Origin: Heterodontus francisci
Taxonomy: Eukaryota
Direction: 5' to 3'
Assembly (NCBI RefSeq): GCF_036365525.1
Contig: NC_090401.1
Span: forward strand, 31,393,036-31,457,035
Length of the DNA stretch: 64,000 bases
Within the stretch, counting starts at the first letter, position 1. The number at the start of each line of letters is the position of its first letter. The notes below the pieces were generated by a model, which saw only the letters and a list, made by a program, of their open reading frames with translations, did not search any database and was not told the DNA's origin. Both the position numbers and the translations under genes were made by a program. Positions 12,200 to 24,705 of this stretch are shown here, one piece after another.

Positions 12200-15135
12200 A
12201 CTTCATTTAAAAAGAATACCTTTGGGAACAAATATGGGGTATTCTATAGGCCTCCAAATAGAGAGTGAGAGATAGAGGAGCAAATCTGCAGGGAAGTCAC
12301 AGAGAAGTGCAAGAACTATAGAATGGTGATATTGGAGGACATTAATTACCCAAATATCGATGGGGATAATTTTAGAGTAAAAGGAAAGGAGGAGGAGGAA
12401 TTTCTGAAATATGTTCAGGAGAACTTCCTTGATCAGTATGTTTTTTGTCCAACTAGAGAGGAGGCATTGCTGGATCAGGTGCTGGGAAATGAAGTGGGCC
12501 AAGTGGACCAAGTATCTGTGAGGGAGCACTTGGGTAAGAGTAATCATCGTATCATAAGGTTTAATCTCCCAATGCAGAAAAGCAAGCAACAATATAATGT
12601 AGAATGGCGAGATTGGAAGAGAGTTAATTTCAATGCGATGGGAAGGGATCTAACCAGCATAAAATGGAACCAAAAACTGACAGGAAAAACTGTAACAGAA
12701 CAATGGGTTATCTTTAAGAAAGAGATGCTTCAGGAAGAGGCTAGATACACTCCAACAAGGGTGAAACATAGGGGAACATAAAACAGGGCTCCTTGGAAAA
12801 GACGGAGATAGAGATTATGATGAAATAAAAAAGAGGGTGTATGATGCATGTCAGGTGAATTCTTCAAGTGAGAACCAGGCCATATACAATAAGTTGAGAT
12901 GGGAGGTGAAGAGGAAAATAAGACTGGCAAAGAGAGAATATGAGAATAGAATGGCAGTGGACAAAAAAGGGAACCCAAAAATCTTCTACCGGCATGTAAA
13001 TAGTAAACGGGTGGTAAGAGGTGAAGTGGGGTCTATTAGGGACAAAGAGGGTCATATATCCTTAGAAATACAGGGCAAGGCTAGAATACTTAATGAATAC
13101 TTTCTATCGGTGTTTACTAAGGAAGAGGAATCTGACAAAATATTGGTGGAAGCAGATAGAGTAGAAGCATTGGATAGGGTAAGAATTGAGAGTGGGGAGG
13201 TACTAAAAAGGCTGGCTATGCTTAGGGTAGATAAGAAACCTGGTCCAGATGGCGTGCATCCCAGGTTGCTAAAGGAAGCGGGGGTGGAGATAATGGACTG
13301 GCTTGCCATAATCTTCCAATCTTCCCTAGATATGGGAGAGGTGCCAGAGGATTGGCGAGTGGCAAATGTGACACCCTTATTCAAGAAAGGGTGTAAGAAC
13401 AGTGCTAGCAACTACAGGCTAGTTAGTTTAACATTTGTGATGGGTAAGGTTTTTGAAACAATAATCAGGGAATAAATCAACAAGGATTTGTAGACATTTG
13501 AGTTAATTAAGGATAGCCAGTATGGATTTGTAAAAGGCAGATCATGCTTGACTAATCTAACTGAATTTTTTGATGAAGTAACAGAGAAGGTTGATGAAGG
13601 GAATGTGTGGATGCAGTTGAGATGGATTTTAAGAAAGCATTTGATAAAATATCACTTAAAAGGTTGGTTAACAAAATTGAGGCTCATGGAATAGGAGGGC
13701 GGCACAGCGGCGCAGCCTCACAGCTCCAGGGACCCAGGTTCGATTCTGGGTACTGCCTGTGCGGAGTTTGCAAGTTCTCCCTGTGTCTGCGTGAATTTCC
13801 GCCGGGTGCTCCGGTTTCCTCCCACCTCCAAAAGACTTGCAGGTTGATAGGTAAATTGGCCATTGTAAATTGCCCCTAGTGTCGGTAGGTGGTAGGAGAA
13901 TGGTGGGGATGTGGTAGAAAATATGGGGTAGTGTAGGGTTAGTATAAATGGATGGTTGTTGCTCAGCACAGACTCAGTGGGCCGAAGGGCCTGTTTCAGT
14001 GTTGTATCTCTAAATAAAAATAAAAAAATCACTGTCCAATTGGATAAGTAATTGGCTTAAGAACAGAAAACAGCAAGTTGTGTTAAATGGTTGTATTTCA
14101 GACAGGAGGATGGTAGATAGTGATGTTCCCCAAGGGTAAGTGCTGGGACCACTGCCTTTTTTGCTATATATAAACAATCTGGATCTTGGAACACGAGTAG
14201 AATTTCAAAATTTGCTGGTGATACCAAACTTGGAGGAATGGCAAACAGTGAGGATGACATGAACTGCCTGCAACAGGACATATATAGACTAGGAGAATGA
14301 GCAGACAAGTGGCAGGTGGAATTTAATACAGACAAGTATGAGATGATGCATTTTGGCAGAAGGGATAGGGTGAGGCAATATAGAATTAATGGCACAGTTC
14401 TAAAGAGTGTTCAAGAACAGAGGGACCTGGGTGTGTATATGCATTGATCTTTCAAGGTTGCAGGACATATTGAGAGAGTGGTGAGAAAAGCATATGTGAT
14501 CTTGGGCTTCATAAACAGATGCACAGAGTACAAAAGCAGGGAGGTTGTGCTGAACTTTTATAAAGCTCTGGTTAGGCCCCAACTAGAGTATTTTTTTTTG
14601 CGTCCAGTTCTGGTCATAAGACTTTAGGAAGGATGTAAGGGTACTTGAGAGGGTGCAGAGAAGATTTACCAGAATGGTTCCAAGGATTGGGGGATTTTAG
14701 TTACAAGGTTAGGTTGGAAAAGCTAGGGTTTTTTTCCTGAGGCAAAGGAGATTGGAAGGATATTTGATGGAGTTGTACAAGATTATGAGAGGCTTAGAGA
14801 AGTTAACCAATGAAAAACTGTTCCCATTAACTGATGGCCCAAGGACTAGAGGACACAGGATGAAGGTTTTGGACAAGAGATGCGGGGGGAATGTGAGGAA
14901 GAACTTTTTTACACAACGAGTACTGACCTGGAACTCACTGCCCACGAGGGTGGTGGTACTGGACACAATCAATGATTTCAAAAGGAATTTGGATGGGCAC
15001 TTGAAGGAAATAAACTTGCAGGATTACAGGGAACGAGCGAGGGAGTAGGACTGACAGGATTGCTCCCGAGAGTCAGCATGGACTCGGTGGGGCCGAATGG
15101 CCTACTTCTGTGCTGTAAATGACTCTATGAATCTA
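12200..15135 (+). mobile_element. CR1-like LINE (family A), most of ORF2 (endonuclease remnant plus RT) to 3' tail, many stops; split by V-SINE copy 3
   Basis: YRPPN-like motif, EDINYPNID, KKPGPDGVHPRLLKE, EDWRVANVTPLFKKG, DFKKAFDK, 3' tail ggccgaatggcctacttctgtgctgtaaatgactctatga. Confidence 0.93.
13697..14028 (+). mobile_element. V-SINE copy 3 (with an internal deletion in the head)
   Basis: Same body and tail as copy 1 but lacks tggttagcaccgcag. Confidence 0.93.
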
Positions 15136-15279
15136 AGTAAAAGATTAGGATTGGGCAACTATATCATTTTAAAATGACTGAGTGGCTCAGGTCATATCGT
15201 CAAGTACATGACCTGGTGTGAATTATGTAATGGAAACATTTTCAGCATGATTGGAAATTGACAGCTAATTATCCTTATA

Positions 15280-15405
15280 CAAAAGCAAATTGCAAAAGCT
15301 GGATATGTGAAATAAAAACAGAATGTGCTGGAAATACTATCCTGATGAAAGGTCACCCACTTGAAATGTTAACTCTGTTTTTTGTCTCCTCAAATGCTGC
15401 CTGAC
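15280..15405. mobile_element. Penelope-like pseudo-LTR remnant in inverted arrangement, with a hammerhead-like core at 15342-15377 (+)
   Basis: aaataaaaacagaatgtgctggaaatact (minus-strand tail) followed by ctgatgaaaggtcacccacttgaaatgttaactctg; homologous to 40619-40792 and 47935-48035. Confidence 0.65.
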
Positions 15406-16135
15406 ATTTATGTTGCCCATCCCTAATTGCCCTTGAGAAGGTGATGCTGAGCCACCTTCTTGAACTGCTGCAGTCTTTGTGGTGTAGGTACACCCACAGT
15501 ACTGTTAGGAAGCGAGTTCCCGGATTTTGACCCAGCAACAGTGAAGGAATGGTGATTATAGTTCCAAGTCATGATTGTGTGTGACTCGAAGGGGAACTTG
15601 TAGGTGGTGGTGTTCCCATGAGGCTGCTGTCCTTGTCCTTCTAGGTGGTAGAGGTTGCGGGTTTGGAAGGTGTTATCATAGGAGGCTTGGCGAGTTGCTG
15701 CAATGCATCCTGCAGCTGGTACACATTGCTGCCGCTGTGCACCAGCGGTGGAGGAAGTGAGTGTTTAAGGTGGTGGATGGGGTGCCGATCAAGCAGGATG
15801 CTTTGTGCTGGATGGTGTGGAGCTTCTTGATTATTGGAGCTCCACTCATCCAGGCAAGTGGACAGTATTCTAACACACTGCTGACTTGTGCCTTGTAGAT
15901 GGTGGACAGATTTTGGTGAGTAAGGAGGTGAGTTACTTGCCGCAGCCTCTGACCTACTCTTGCAGCCACAGTATTTATATGGCTGGTCCAGTTAAGTTTC
16001 TGGTCAATTGTAACCCCTAGGATGTTGATGGTGGGGAATTCAGAGATGACAATGTCATTGAACATCAAGGGGAGATGGTTAGATTCTTTCTTGTTGCAGA
16101 TAGCCATTGCTTGGCTCTTGAGTGGCACGAATGTT
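15405..16135 (-). mobile_element. LINE family B 3' fragment
   Basis: ORF 15676..16155 (NILGVTIDQKLNWTSHIN, LEYCPLAW); 3' UTR matches 5520-5700. Confidence 0.9.
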
Positions 16136-16279
16136 ATTGAGAATTTCCAGCACATCCTGTGTTCATTTCAGGTACTTATCCTTAGTTTATTGGCTTGCAG
16201 TGACTCAGAAAGCCACCTGGCATTTAGAGATTTGTCATATGAAACCCTCTGGATAGCATTTAGTTCTGTATCTTTGGGT

Positions 16280-16762
16280 GAAACGGTAGCATCGTGATAA
16301 TGTTACTCAACTAGTAATCCAGAGGCTTAGACAAATGCTGTGGAGACATGATTTCAAATCACATCATAGCAGCTAGGTGAATTTAAATTCAATTATCTAA
16401 TACAAAATCTGGATTTAAATACCAGTCTTATTAATAATGATCATAAAGCTACTGGGTTGTTGTTAAATCCCATCTGGTTCACTAATGCCTTTCAGTGGAG
16501 GAAATCTGCCACCTTACCTGGTCTGGCCCACATGTAACTCCAGATCCACAACAATGTGGTTGACTCTTAGTTGTCCTCTGAAATGGCCTAGCAAGCCACT
16601 CAAATTACATCAAACTGCTACTGAAAAAAGCACTGTGGGTGTATCAACATGACATGGACTACAGTTCAGGAAGGCACCACCACCTTCTCAAGGGCATTTA
16701 GGGAAGGGCAATAAATGCTGGCTTTGCCAGTGATGCTCACATCCCAAGAATGAATTAAAAAA
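16280..16762 (+). mobile_element. tRNA-headed SINE-like element with family-B LINE tail (second copy of the 222-746 type)
   Basis: Head ggtagcatcgtgataatgttact...ctagtaatccagagg...atttcaaatc; shared body ggaaatctgcc...ggcctagcaagccactca; tail aagggcatttagggaagggcaataaatgctggc...gaatgaattaaaaa. Confidence 0.75.
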
Positions 16763-17699
16763 GACTTGTGATTAAAAATAACCACACACAAAGAATGAAC
16801 ATATACCTAACATGGGTAGAGTTACACTTCTTAAAACCAGATTAAAATGTTAATTGTTTTGTTTTAATTGAAAAATCCAGTGCAGGGCAAAGCCAATGTT
16901 GTAAGAAATTACCAAAGTATAGGAGAAAAGGATCTAATAGGACCTCTTGGAATATGTTAGAATGGTTGTGTTACTATTTCACAGCTAAATTCAGGCACTT
17001 CCCTAGAATAATGTATTTATTTATTGTTTATTTCTTTTTAGTCACTTGAGACAAGCTGTTACACATCCTGCTGGGACTCAAAGGAGAAAATTTGCCATTG
17101 GCAACTAATAAACTACCACAGGGTTATGGAAAGCAAAATGTAAAACATATAATCACAGCACAAAGAGACAGAAAAGAAAAGCTCATTCATGGAGTGAAAA
17201 TATGATAATGAATTATTATTAGTAGTTAGTAAACTATAAAATATCTGCCAGCAGGTTTTTGCTATTTTTATCTGAGTGTTATTTTCTCCTTCTTTGCCAC
17301 ATTGCTCTCCCCAGCTGATTCATGGGCAGGTCCCTCTTCCCAGTTCTTTATCAATATGGATTAATAGCAGGATGCTAGCTCATGGGTGAAAGCACTGCAG
17401 GCTGGTTTGCCCTCTGGTTTTTTCTGTGCTCAACAGAATTCTTTATTTCTGCTCAGGGGACTTTGCACACACGAGGCCAACCTTCTCCTCAAAACAGCCA
17501 AATTATCCTCACAACTCACCAAGACAAACACAAGCTGGGAGATGTCCTTGAATCCTAACATAAAGTGTCAGTTATAGTGAAGCAAGCACCATTTTGAATA
17601 TATTTGGCCCTGAGAAGCAAACAGAGATTTGTGTCAGTTTTGGAGGTATATTGTAACTCGGAGTAGCTTGATGTGGGTATATTAATCATAAAGACTGCC

Positions 17700-17845
17700 T
17701 ACTTTAACCTCTGTATTATCACCTGTCTCCACTGAAACCCTCAATCATGTCTTTGTTACCTCCAGACTGCACTTTTCCAAAACTCTCCTGGCCAGCCTCA
17801 CATCTTCCACTTTCCTTAAACTTGAACTTATCCAAAACTCTGCAT
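17700..17845 (+). mobile_element. Small decayed L2 fragment
   Basis: Similar to the reverse complement of 8790-8900 (tgttacctccagact...cttgaacttatccaaaactctgc). Confidence 0.55.
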
Positions 17846-17847
17846 AA

Positions 17848-19045
17848 ACTGGACATCACTGGCAAGGTCTGTATTTATTGCCCATCCCTAATCGCCCTTG
17901 AGAAAGTGATGGTGAGCCGCCTTCTTGAACCACTGCAATCCATGTGATGTTGGTTCTCCCACAGTGCTGTTAGGGAGAGAGTTCCAATATCTTGATCTAG
18001 TGACAATGAAGGAGCTGCGAAATATTTCCAGCTCAGGGCAATGTATAACTTGGAGGGGAACTTGCATGTGTTGATGTCCCATGCATTTGCCGCCTTTGCC
18101 CTTCTTGGTTGTAGAGGTCACGGCTTTGGGAGGTGCTGTCAAAGAAGCCTTACCAAGTTGCTGCAGTGCATCTTGTAGATGGCGCACACTGTAGCCACAT
18201 AGTGGTAGAGACAGTGAATGCTAAATGTGGTGGATAGGGTGCAGGCTGCTTTGTCCTAGATGGTGTCAAGCTTCTTGAGTATTGTTGGAGCTGCACTCAT
18301 CTAGGCAGGTACAATGTATTCTATCACACTCCTGACTTGTGCCTTGTAGCTGATAGAAAGGCTTGAAGGCATCAGGAGGTGAGTCATTCATTGCAGAATA
18401 CCCAGTCACTGGCCTGCACTTGTAGCCATAGTATTTATATGACTGGTCTTGTTCAGTTTCCAGACAATGGTGACCATCAAGGGTGTTAATGGTGGGGATT
18501 CAACAATAGTACTTAAACTGAATGTCATGGGGAAGTGGTTAGATTCTCTCATGCTGGAGATGGTCATTGTCTGGCACTTGTGTGGCATAAGTATTGCTTG
18601 CCACTTCTCAGCCCAAGCCTGAATGTTGTCCAGGTCTTGCTGCAAATGGGCACGGATTGCTTCATTATCTGAGGAATTGTGAATCGAATTGAACACTGTG
18701 CAATCATCAGCGACCATCCCCACTTCTGACCTTATGGTGGAAGGAAGGTCATTGATGAAGCAGCTGGAGAAGGTTGGGCCTAGGACACTACCCTGAAGAA
18801 CTCCTACAATGATGTCCTGGGACTGAGATGATTGGCCTCCAACAACCGCAACCATCTTCCTTTGTGCCAAGTATAACTTCAACCAGTGGAGAGTTTTCAC
18901 CCTGATTTCCATTAACTTCAGCTTTGCAAGGGCTCCTTGGTGCCACACTTAGTCAAATGCTGCCTTAATGTCAAGGACAGTCACACTCACCTCACCTCTG
19001 GAATTCAGCTGTTTTGTCCATGTTTAGACCAAGGTTGTAATGAGT
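17848..19045 (-). mobile_element. LINE family B RT-3' fragment
   Basis: ORF 18406..18948 (GVLQGSVLGPT, GMVADDCTVF, QAWAEKWQ). Confidence 0.92.
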
Positions 19046-19317
19046 ATATATGTTATATAACAATTTAAAAAGAAGTTTGCTTCTTATGATAATGTCATCT
19101 GTTTCCTGAATTACAATAACAATCTGAAGTATTCATATTTCAACTAAACCTCTCTTTAGATTGAGTCCCTTATGATATCTACCGGTGACCCATAATTACT
19201 TTATATAATTGCACACAAAGTGCCACAGCACAATAACCATCCCTTTATTTATCCCTAATTATTACATTAATTCTTTAAGGAAAATCTTAGCAACAACTGA
19301 ATAATTGTGTTTGTCTC

Positions 19318-19382
19318 AATCTTTACCGGAGTCTAAGACTTCCTCTAGAATGATCCACAACACTATTAATACAAACCCAACA
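19318..19382 (+). mobile_element. Fragment of the 3' end of an LTR related to the Gypsy LTRs at 33822 and 39046
   Basis: aatctttaccggagtctaagacttcctctagaatg...aatacaaacccaaca aligns with the LTR 3' end, including the terminal CA. Confidence 0.75.
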
Positions 19383-19624
19383 ATAGCTAATAAAGTAAGA
19401 GTATAACTGTAACTGTATGTATATATCCTTCTCCTGATCAATGACTCTCCAATTTTGCACAACACTGTATTTGCTTTGCAAGAGATTACAATGAAATGTT
19501 AGCAGCCATTTTCTGTTGCATAATTTCTTGCTTTTAGTCAACTGTATTCGAGGATTACATTGCAGGTGACCTGTTTAACTCTTGCTGTTTTTACTTGGTG
19601 AGCAGTAACATAGTTAATGAAACA

Positions 19625-20092
19625 AGAATGTTGCTAAGGCTTGAAAGTTGCAGATATGAGGAAAGATTGGATCGGCTAGGGTTATTTTCCTTAGAACAGA
19701 GGAGGCTGAGGGGTGACTTAATTGAGGTGTACAATGAGGGGCCTAGATAGAGCAGACAGGAAGGACCAGTTTCCCCTAGCGGAGAGATCAATTACCGGGG
19801 ACACAGATTTGAGGTGATTGGTAGAAGGATTAAAGGGGACATGAGGAAAAAAAATTTTACCCAGAGGGTGGTGGTGGCTGGAATTCACTGCCATGAATGG
19901 TGGTGGCGGCAGAAACCCTCAACTCATTTAAAAGATACCTGGACATGCACCTGAAGTGCTGTAACCTGCAAGGCTACGGACCAGTTGCTGGAAGATGGGA
20001 TTAGATTGGGCGGCTAGTTATTTTTGTGCCAGCACAGACACGATGGGCTGAATGGTCTCCTTCTGTGCTGTAATTTTTCTATGGTTCTATGA
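19625..20092 (+). mobile_element. CR1-like LINE (family A) 3' end
   Basis: gaggaggctgaggggtgacttaattgaggtgtac motif; tail gggctgaatggtctccttctgtgctgtaatttttctatggttctatg. Confidence 0.88.
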
Positions 20093-20586
20093 AACATGTG
20101 CCTGTGTACTGTGCAGACTGTAAACTTAAGCCCAAGATCAAAATAAATAACTAAATGTAAGTAAAGAATAAAATGATTAAGTAAATGCAGTTTCAATGAA
20201 GTGGAACAGACTGTACTTTCTGTCACATACAACCCGCAAAATCAATGCTCTGTATTTCAAAGATGGAACATTATAAAGAAAACTATCGAGGGGAATTTTA
20301 GCCCAAAAAAATGGGTCGGTTTGGGTTGGGTGTGATGCAAATATTTTAAAAATCTCAGTCTTGAACACAACCCATTGTGAACTCACCCACTTCTGGTTTA
20401 ATGGCGGTGGGATGGGGACAAGCGACCAATCTGCTCCCAGGAGTTGGGTTGCTCATTTAAATATTTTAATGAGGCTGCGTGCTCAGTTTTTTTCCTCCAG
20501 ATTTAGTCCAGGCTGCAAACGATTGGATAAAATAAACAATTCTTGTTTCCTTCTGGTGGTGGGGAACTGGGTTGTACAATTAGTAC

Positions 20587-21478
20587 TGTTACAGTCAAGG
20601 GTCTAGGGGTCCCTCTCAGCCTTCACCTGGTCTTACCATAACAGGGTTTTATTTTAAACACACCATGTTTTTAGCTACCCCTTGGTGAATCCTTGTTCAC
20701 TAACTTACAATTATAAGGCAAAAAAACTAGCCAGACAGGTTTACTTAGGCTTAAAGAAAAAAGTTTGATATTTATTAAACTCGAACTTAAACTCTAATTT
20801 GGTTGACGCCTACGGATACACGACGCGCCCACACTAGCACGCATATGTGATTCACACATGCTAATAGAGACAGAAAACAGAAGAAAAGTACAGTGGAAAA
20901 GTTTAAGGCAATATCTGAAGAGTTGTTGTTATGGTTCTTCGAGCTCACTGTAGAGTCCTTGATTGTAGGTAGATCTTGCTTTTCGTTGGGGCCCAGTATT
21001 CTTCTTAAACCTTGTTCGCTGTAGGAGACTTTTCTCTCTTGGGGTTCATGTGTCTTCAGTAGATTCAGAGGCTTATGTGAAAGAGATGGGAGCAGACAGG
21101 AGAGATCTTCTCAGTCCAGGAGCAAACAGTCTTTCCTTCAAACTTTCTGTGGTTGGTTCAAAAAACCCCTGGAACAGCCAGTTAGTCATATGACCAGCTG
21201 GTCCAACCAGTCCTGGCCTCTGTGGATTGCATCACCCCAGCAGGCCCTGGAATGTGCTTCCGCACCCCCTCACTGTTTGATGATCAACATCCCTTGTGGG
21301 TTGAATGTGTCAGGGAATGTCTACACAAGCACCATCTGTTAGTATGCAAATGTTTTTTCCAGCCACCATGGCTGATCTGTTCAACAAGTCATTTCCTCGC
21401 TCCAGCACCAGTTCAAGATCAATGTTCATATGACAAAACCAATGTGCCTCATTCTTGGCAGGTGGGGCCTATATGACA
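20587..21478 (-). mobile_element. Probable solo LTR (~890 bp)
   Basis: Termini TGTTACA...ATGACA; AATAAA on the minus strand (20771-20776); organisation shared with the TSD-flanked element 21882-22843; no clean TSD seen. Confidence 0.62.
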
Positions 21479-21667
21479 TTGCCTTATCACCTTTGCAATC
21501 TGTCTTCAAATCCAAACCAGAGTGCCTTCACTTTCTTCCAGTTGTATTGCTTCCAAGTATAATTAATTTTGGAATTATCAGTCCAATTCCTTGTGGACAC
21601 AAATCAACAGAATAAACTGTTCAGAATTTAGCACTAATATCATAATCACACTGAAATGGAATGTAGG

Positions 21668-22950
21668 CGAATGGCAAAGATCCTGACTCTCCAAAGCATT
21701 TCCAACACTTACAAGGCACAAGTCAGAAGTGTGATGGAACACTCTCCACTTGCCTGGATTAATTACACTCTAACGACTCTCGATAAACTCGACACCATCC
21801 AGGAGAAAGCAGCCCATTTGATTTCACCATTTTAAACATTCACTCCCTCCAGTAACGGTGCAACACTACAGTGTGTACCATTGTTATGGTCAAGTGAGGA
21901 GGGGTCGAAGGGCTTCCCTCTTTTCCCTCTCCTTGTTTGACCACAACATGTTTAATTCTTTCTTAAAATGGATGTACTGGCCAATTCAGTATGTGTTTGA
22001 TTACTTACTTGCTTTGATCATAACCAGAACCAATGGGACAGGTTTTCTTGTGTTAACAAAGAAAGAGGTTAACTTTATTGTACCTAAACTGAACTAATAA
22101 AAATAATAAATTACATGCCAACTTTCAGTCACAAACACACTCTCTGGAGGTTTACATAGACACAAAAATAGGTTATAGAATGGGGAAAAGTAGATTGGTT
22201 GAATTAGAGTCCATAAAACAAAAAGGTATACAGTCTGTGGAGTTTGGTGATTCAGCTGGCTTATAGCTGAATTCAGTGGTCCTGAGGCTTTTAGTTTGAA
22301 GAGGTAGATGACTAGTTCAGTGAATCTCTTGGAGACAGCAATGCGGATGATTTCCTCGAACAGGGTTTTTGATTGTAGCCAGAGTATGCAAACGTGGTCA
22401 TTCAACAAGCTTTGAAGCTGGAATGGAGAGAGAGAGGGACCCCACTTAGGGTCTGCTCATGTCAGAGTCAAGTTGCTTCTCCTCTGCTGCAGAGAAAAAT
22501 TCAGCATAAAACCACAGATGGAGTGGGGTTTGTCACATGACAGTCACTCAATGATTCAAACATAGCAGTTAGCAGTATTTCTCTGCTTGCTGAGAGAACA
22601 GGTAGTTCCTTTAAACTTCCTGGGTCTTGTTTCTTGCTGGGAAGTGCATAGACATTTTCTCTCTCTCCTCACAGTCCTTTACAATGTAGGATACAGTGTT
22701 GCAAACTAAGTGATCATCTTAAGCTCAAAGGATGACTTTGCTGGCAGCTTGTCTTTTAAAAATTTATTTAAAAAATATAAATTCACATCTCCAGTCAGTG
22801 GATTAAAGAAAATTATCATTCAACAAAACACATTGGTGAAACAACCATCTACAAGATGCACTGCACCAACTTGCCAAGGCTCCTTCAACAGTGCCTCAAA
22901 CTCGTGACCTCTATCACTTAGATGGGCAGCAGCCACATGGGAACATCACC
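21668..22950 (+). mobile_element. LINE family B 3' fragment split by a solo LTR
   Basis: caaggcacaagtcagaagtgtgatggaacactctccac...gtgtgtaccat | accatctacaagatgcactgc joins across the LTR. Confidence 0.85.
21882..22843 (-). mobile_element. Solo LTR (962 bp) with perfect 5-bp TSD
   Basis: TGTT...AACA termini; TSD accat at 21877-21881 and 22844-22848; AATAAA on the minus strand near 22074 suggests the orientation. Confidence 0.85.
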
Positions 22951-23514
22951 CTTCCACAACCCGTGGGCACCGCAGGGACTGGAGTGCATCGTTGACGCCG
23001 AGAATGGCATTTTAATTTGAGTTTTTTGTTTATTTATCTGGTTTTAATAAAGTTATTTTAAAACTGTAAATATGTATATAAAGGGGGCCTGAGGAATAAA
23101 GGCCCCCTCGATGTGAAAAATATAAAAGGGGCCTGGGGTATAAAGGCCACCTTATTTTTAAAAAAAACGGGGTTAGATACAAAGTGAAGAAAAAAGAAAA
23201 AAAAAATGGGACCATCACCAGGCCCAGGATCCTCTCCAAGTCATTTGGGTGTTTAACCAGGTCACATTGCAACATTTCTATTTTATATTTGTGAACCATA
23301 ACATTCATTTCAAAGCTCCATTGTCCCATCCTGCCCCTTTTTCAGCTGCCACCTGCCAAATGGCCTTCTGTCCTGTATGGTATGACGAGCAAAAGGTGAG
23401 CAATAGCTGTCTATGATAGGAGGGAATTGTTGCTTGTGGGACTGCTTTGTGCGATGGGCTGGGCGGGCATAGTGGGTTCAGAATTGGTGTGCCAGATGGC
23501 TGCACTGCCTCAGA

Positions 23515-24705
23515 TTAACAGCAGCGTGTCTGAATGAAAATGTCCCGGGCATCCCTAGGAACTAAGTGAGCAGCTGCAGGTCCCCTCACCACATCAGGAT
23601 CCTCCTCTGAAAATACAGAGTGTTCCTCATCTCCCTCCTCCTGCAGCTCCAGTCCTCGCTGTTGTGGAATGTTGTACAAGGCAAAGCAAACCACTATGAT
23701 TCTGGAAACACTTGCTGGTGTATAATAAAGGGAATCCGCCCACTCCACCACCACCACCGCCACTCCCCCCCCACCAACCTCCTGCAACTCCCAGATCTGT
23801 CCAGGAACCTGAATCACATCTTCAGCATCCTGATTGCTTGTTCAATTGTAGCTCTTGTGATCATGTAGCTTCTGTTGTACTTTCCTGAGCGTCACTGCTT
23901 GGGTTTCTCATAGGTGTCATCAGCCATGTCTTTAGAGGGTAGCTCTTGTCTCCAAGGAGTGATCTCCTGAATCTGCTTGGAGGTATGAATATCCCTGGGA
24001 GATCTGACTGATGCAGGATGAACACATCATGGTAGCTCCCTGGGTATCTTACAGAGACGTGTAATTGTATACGAGCTGAAGATTGATGGAGTGGAATCCC
24101 TTTCAGTTGATGAACAATCCTGGGTGATATGAAGGTGACTAGATTGCCACACATATGCTATCTATGACTCCTGGGCCTTTGGGAATCCAACCAGAGCAGC
24201 GAATCAGAGTGCTGCTCATTTTGATTAGCCTCAGCAGTAGCAAAGTGCCAGCCCTGGCAAATATGGCATCAGTCAGTTATGAAATGCACTAGTGGTCAGC
24301 AGATTGTGAGATTCTACAATTATCACCCTTGAAGGAGCCAGAGGTGAAGAAATTAAAGGCTGTGCTGACCTTGACCTCCACAGGCAATGCACGCTCACCT
24401 GGTCCACTTGGAAGGAGGCCTTCTGCCAGGAGATTGCAAATGTCAGTGACCACTTCACGGAAAACTCTGAGCCTCCTGTGGCACAGGTACTTAGTCATGT
24501 CCAGGAAGCTAATCCTCTGCCTGTATCACCTGTGTTTGGGGCTATCACTTCATGCGAACTGGAGCTCTGTGCTCAACCCCTCTGTCCTGTGGAGAGGCAG
24601 GCGGTTGAAGAAAAGGTTGTTGCTTCTCCTGCTGCTGTTGGTATTGCTGCTGCTCTTGTTCTTTGTGCGAGGTCCAAGATAGAGCTGGATAAGTTATTCC
24701 CATGC
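23515..24705 (-). pseudogene. Decayed PIF/Harbinger (HARBI1-like, DDE_Tnp_4) transposase
   Basis: Frameshifted pieces: RRLRVFREVVTDICNLL...ALPVEVKVSTAFNFFTSGSF; RYPGSYHDVFIL; LLGDKSYPLKTWLMTP; YTPASVSRIIVVCFALYNI. Confidence 0.88.

Noticed and set aside
12837-13475. Longest ORF in the window (212 aa) as an active reverse transcriptase
   Set aside because: A fragment of CR1 ORF2 bounded by stops and frameshifts and split by a SINE downstream.
20587-22843. The two solo LTRs as ends of one small TRIM-like element
   Set aside because: They are too diverged, the spacer contains a LINE fragment, and the second LTR has its own TSD.
23515-24705. Possible domesticated HARBI1 host gene
   Set aside because: Multiple frameshifts and stops and no splice structure; a decayed transposon copy.
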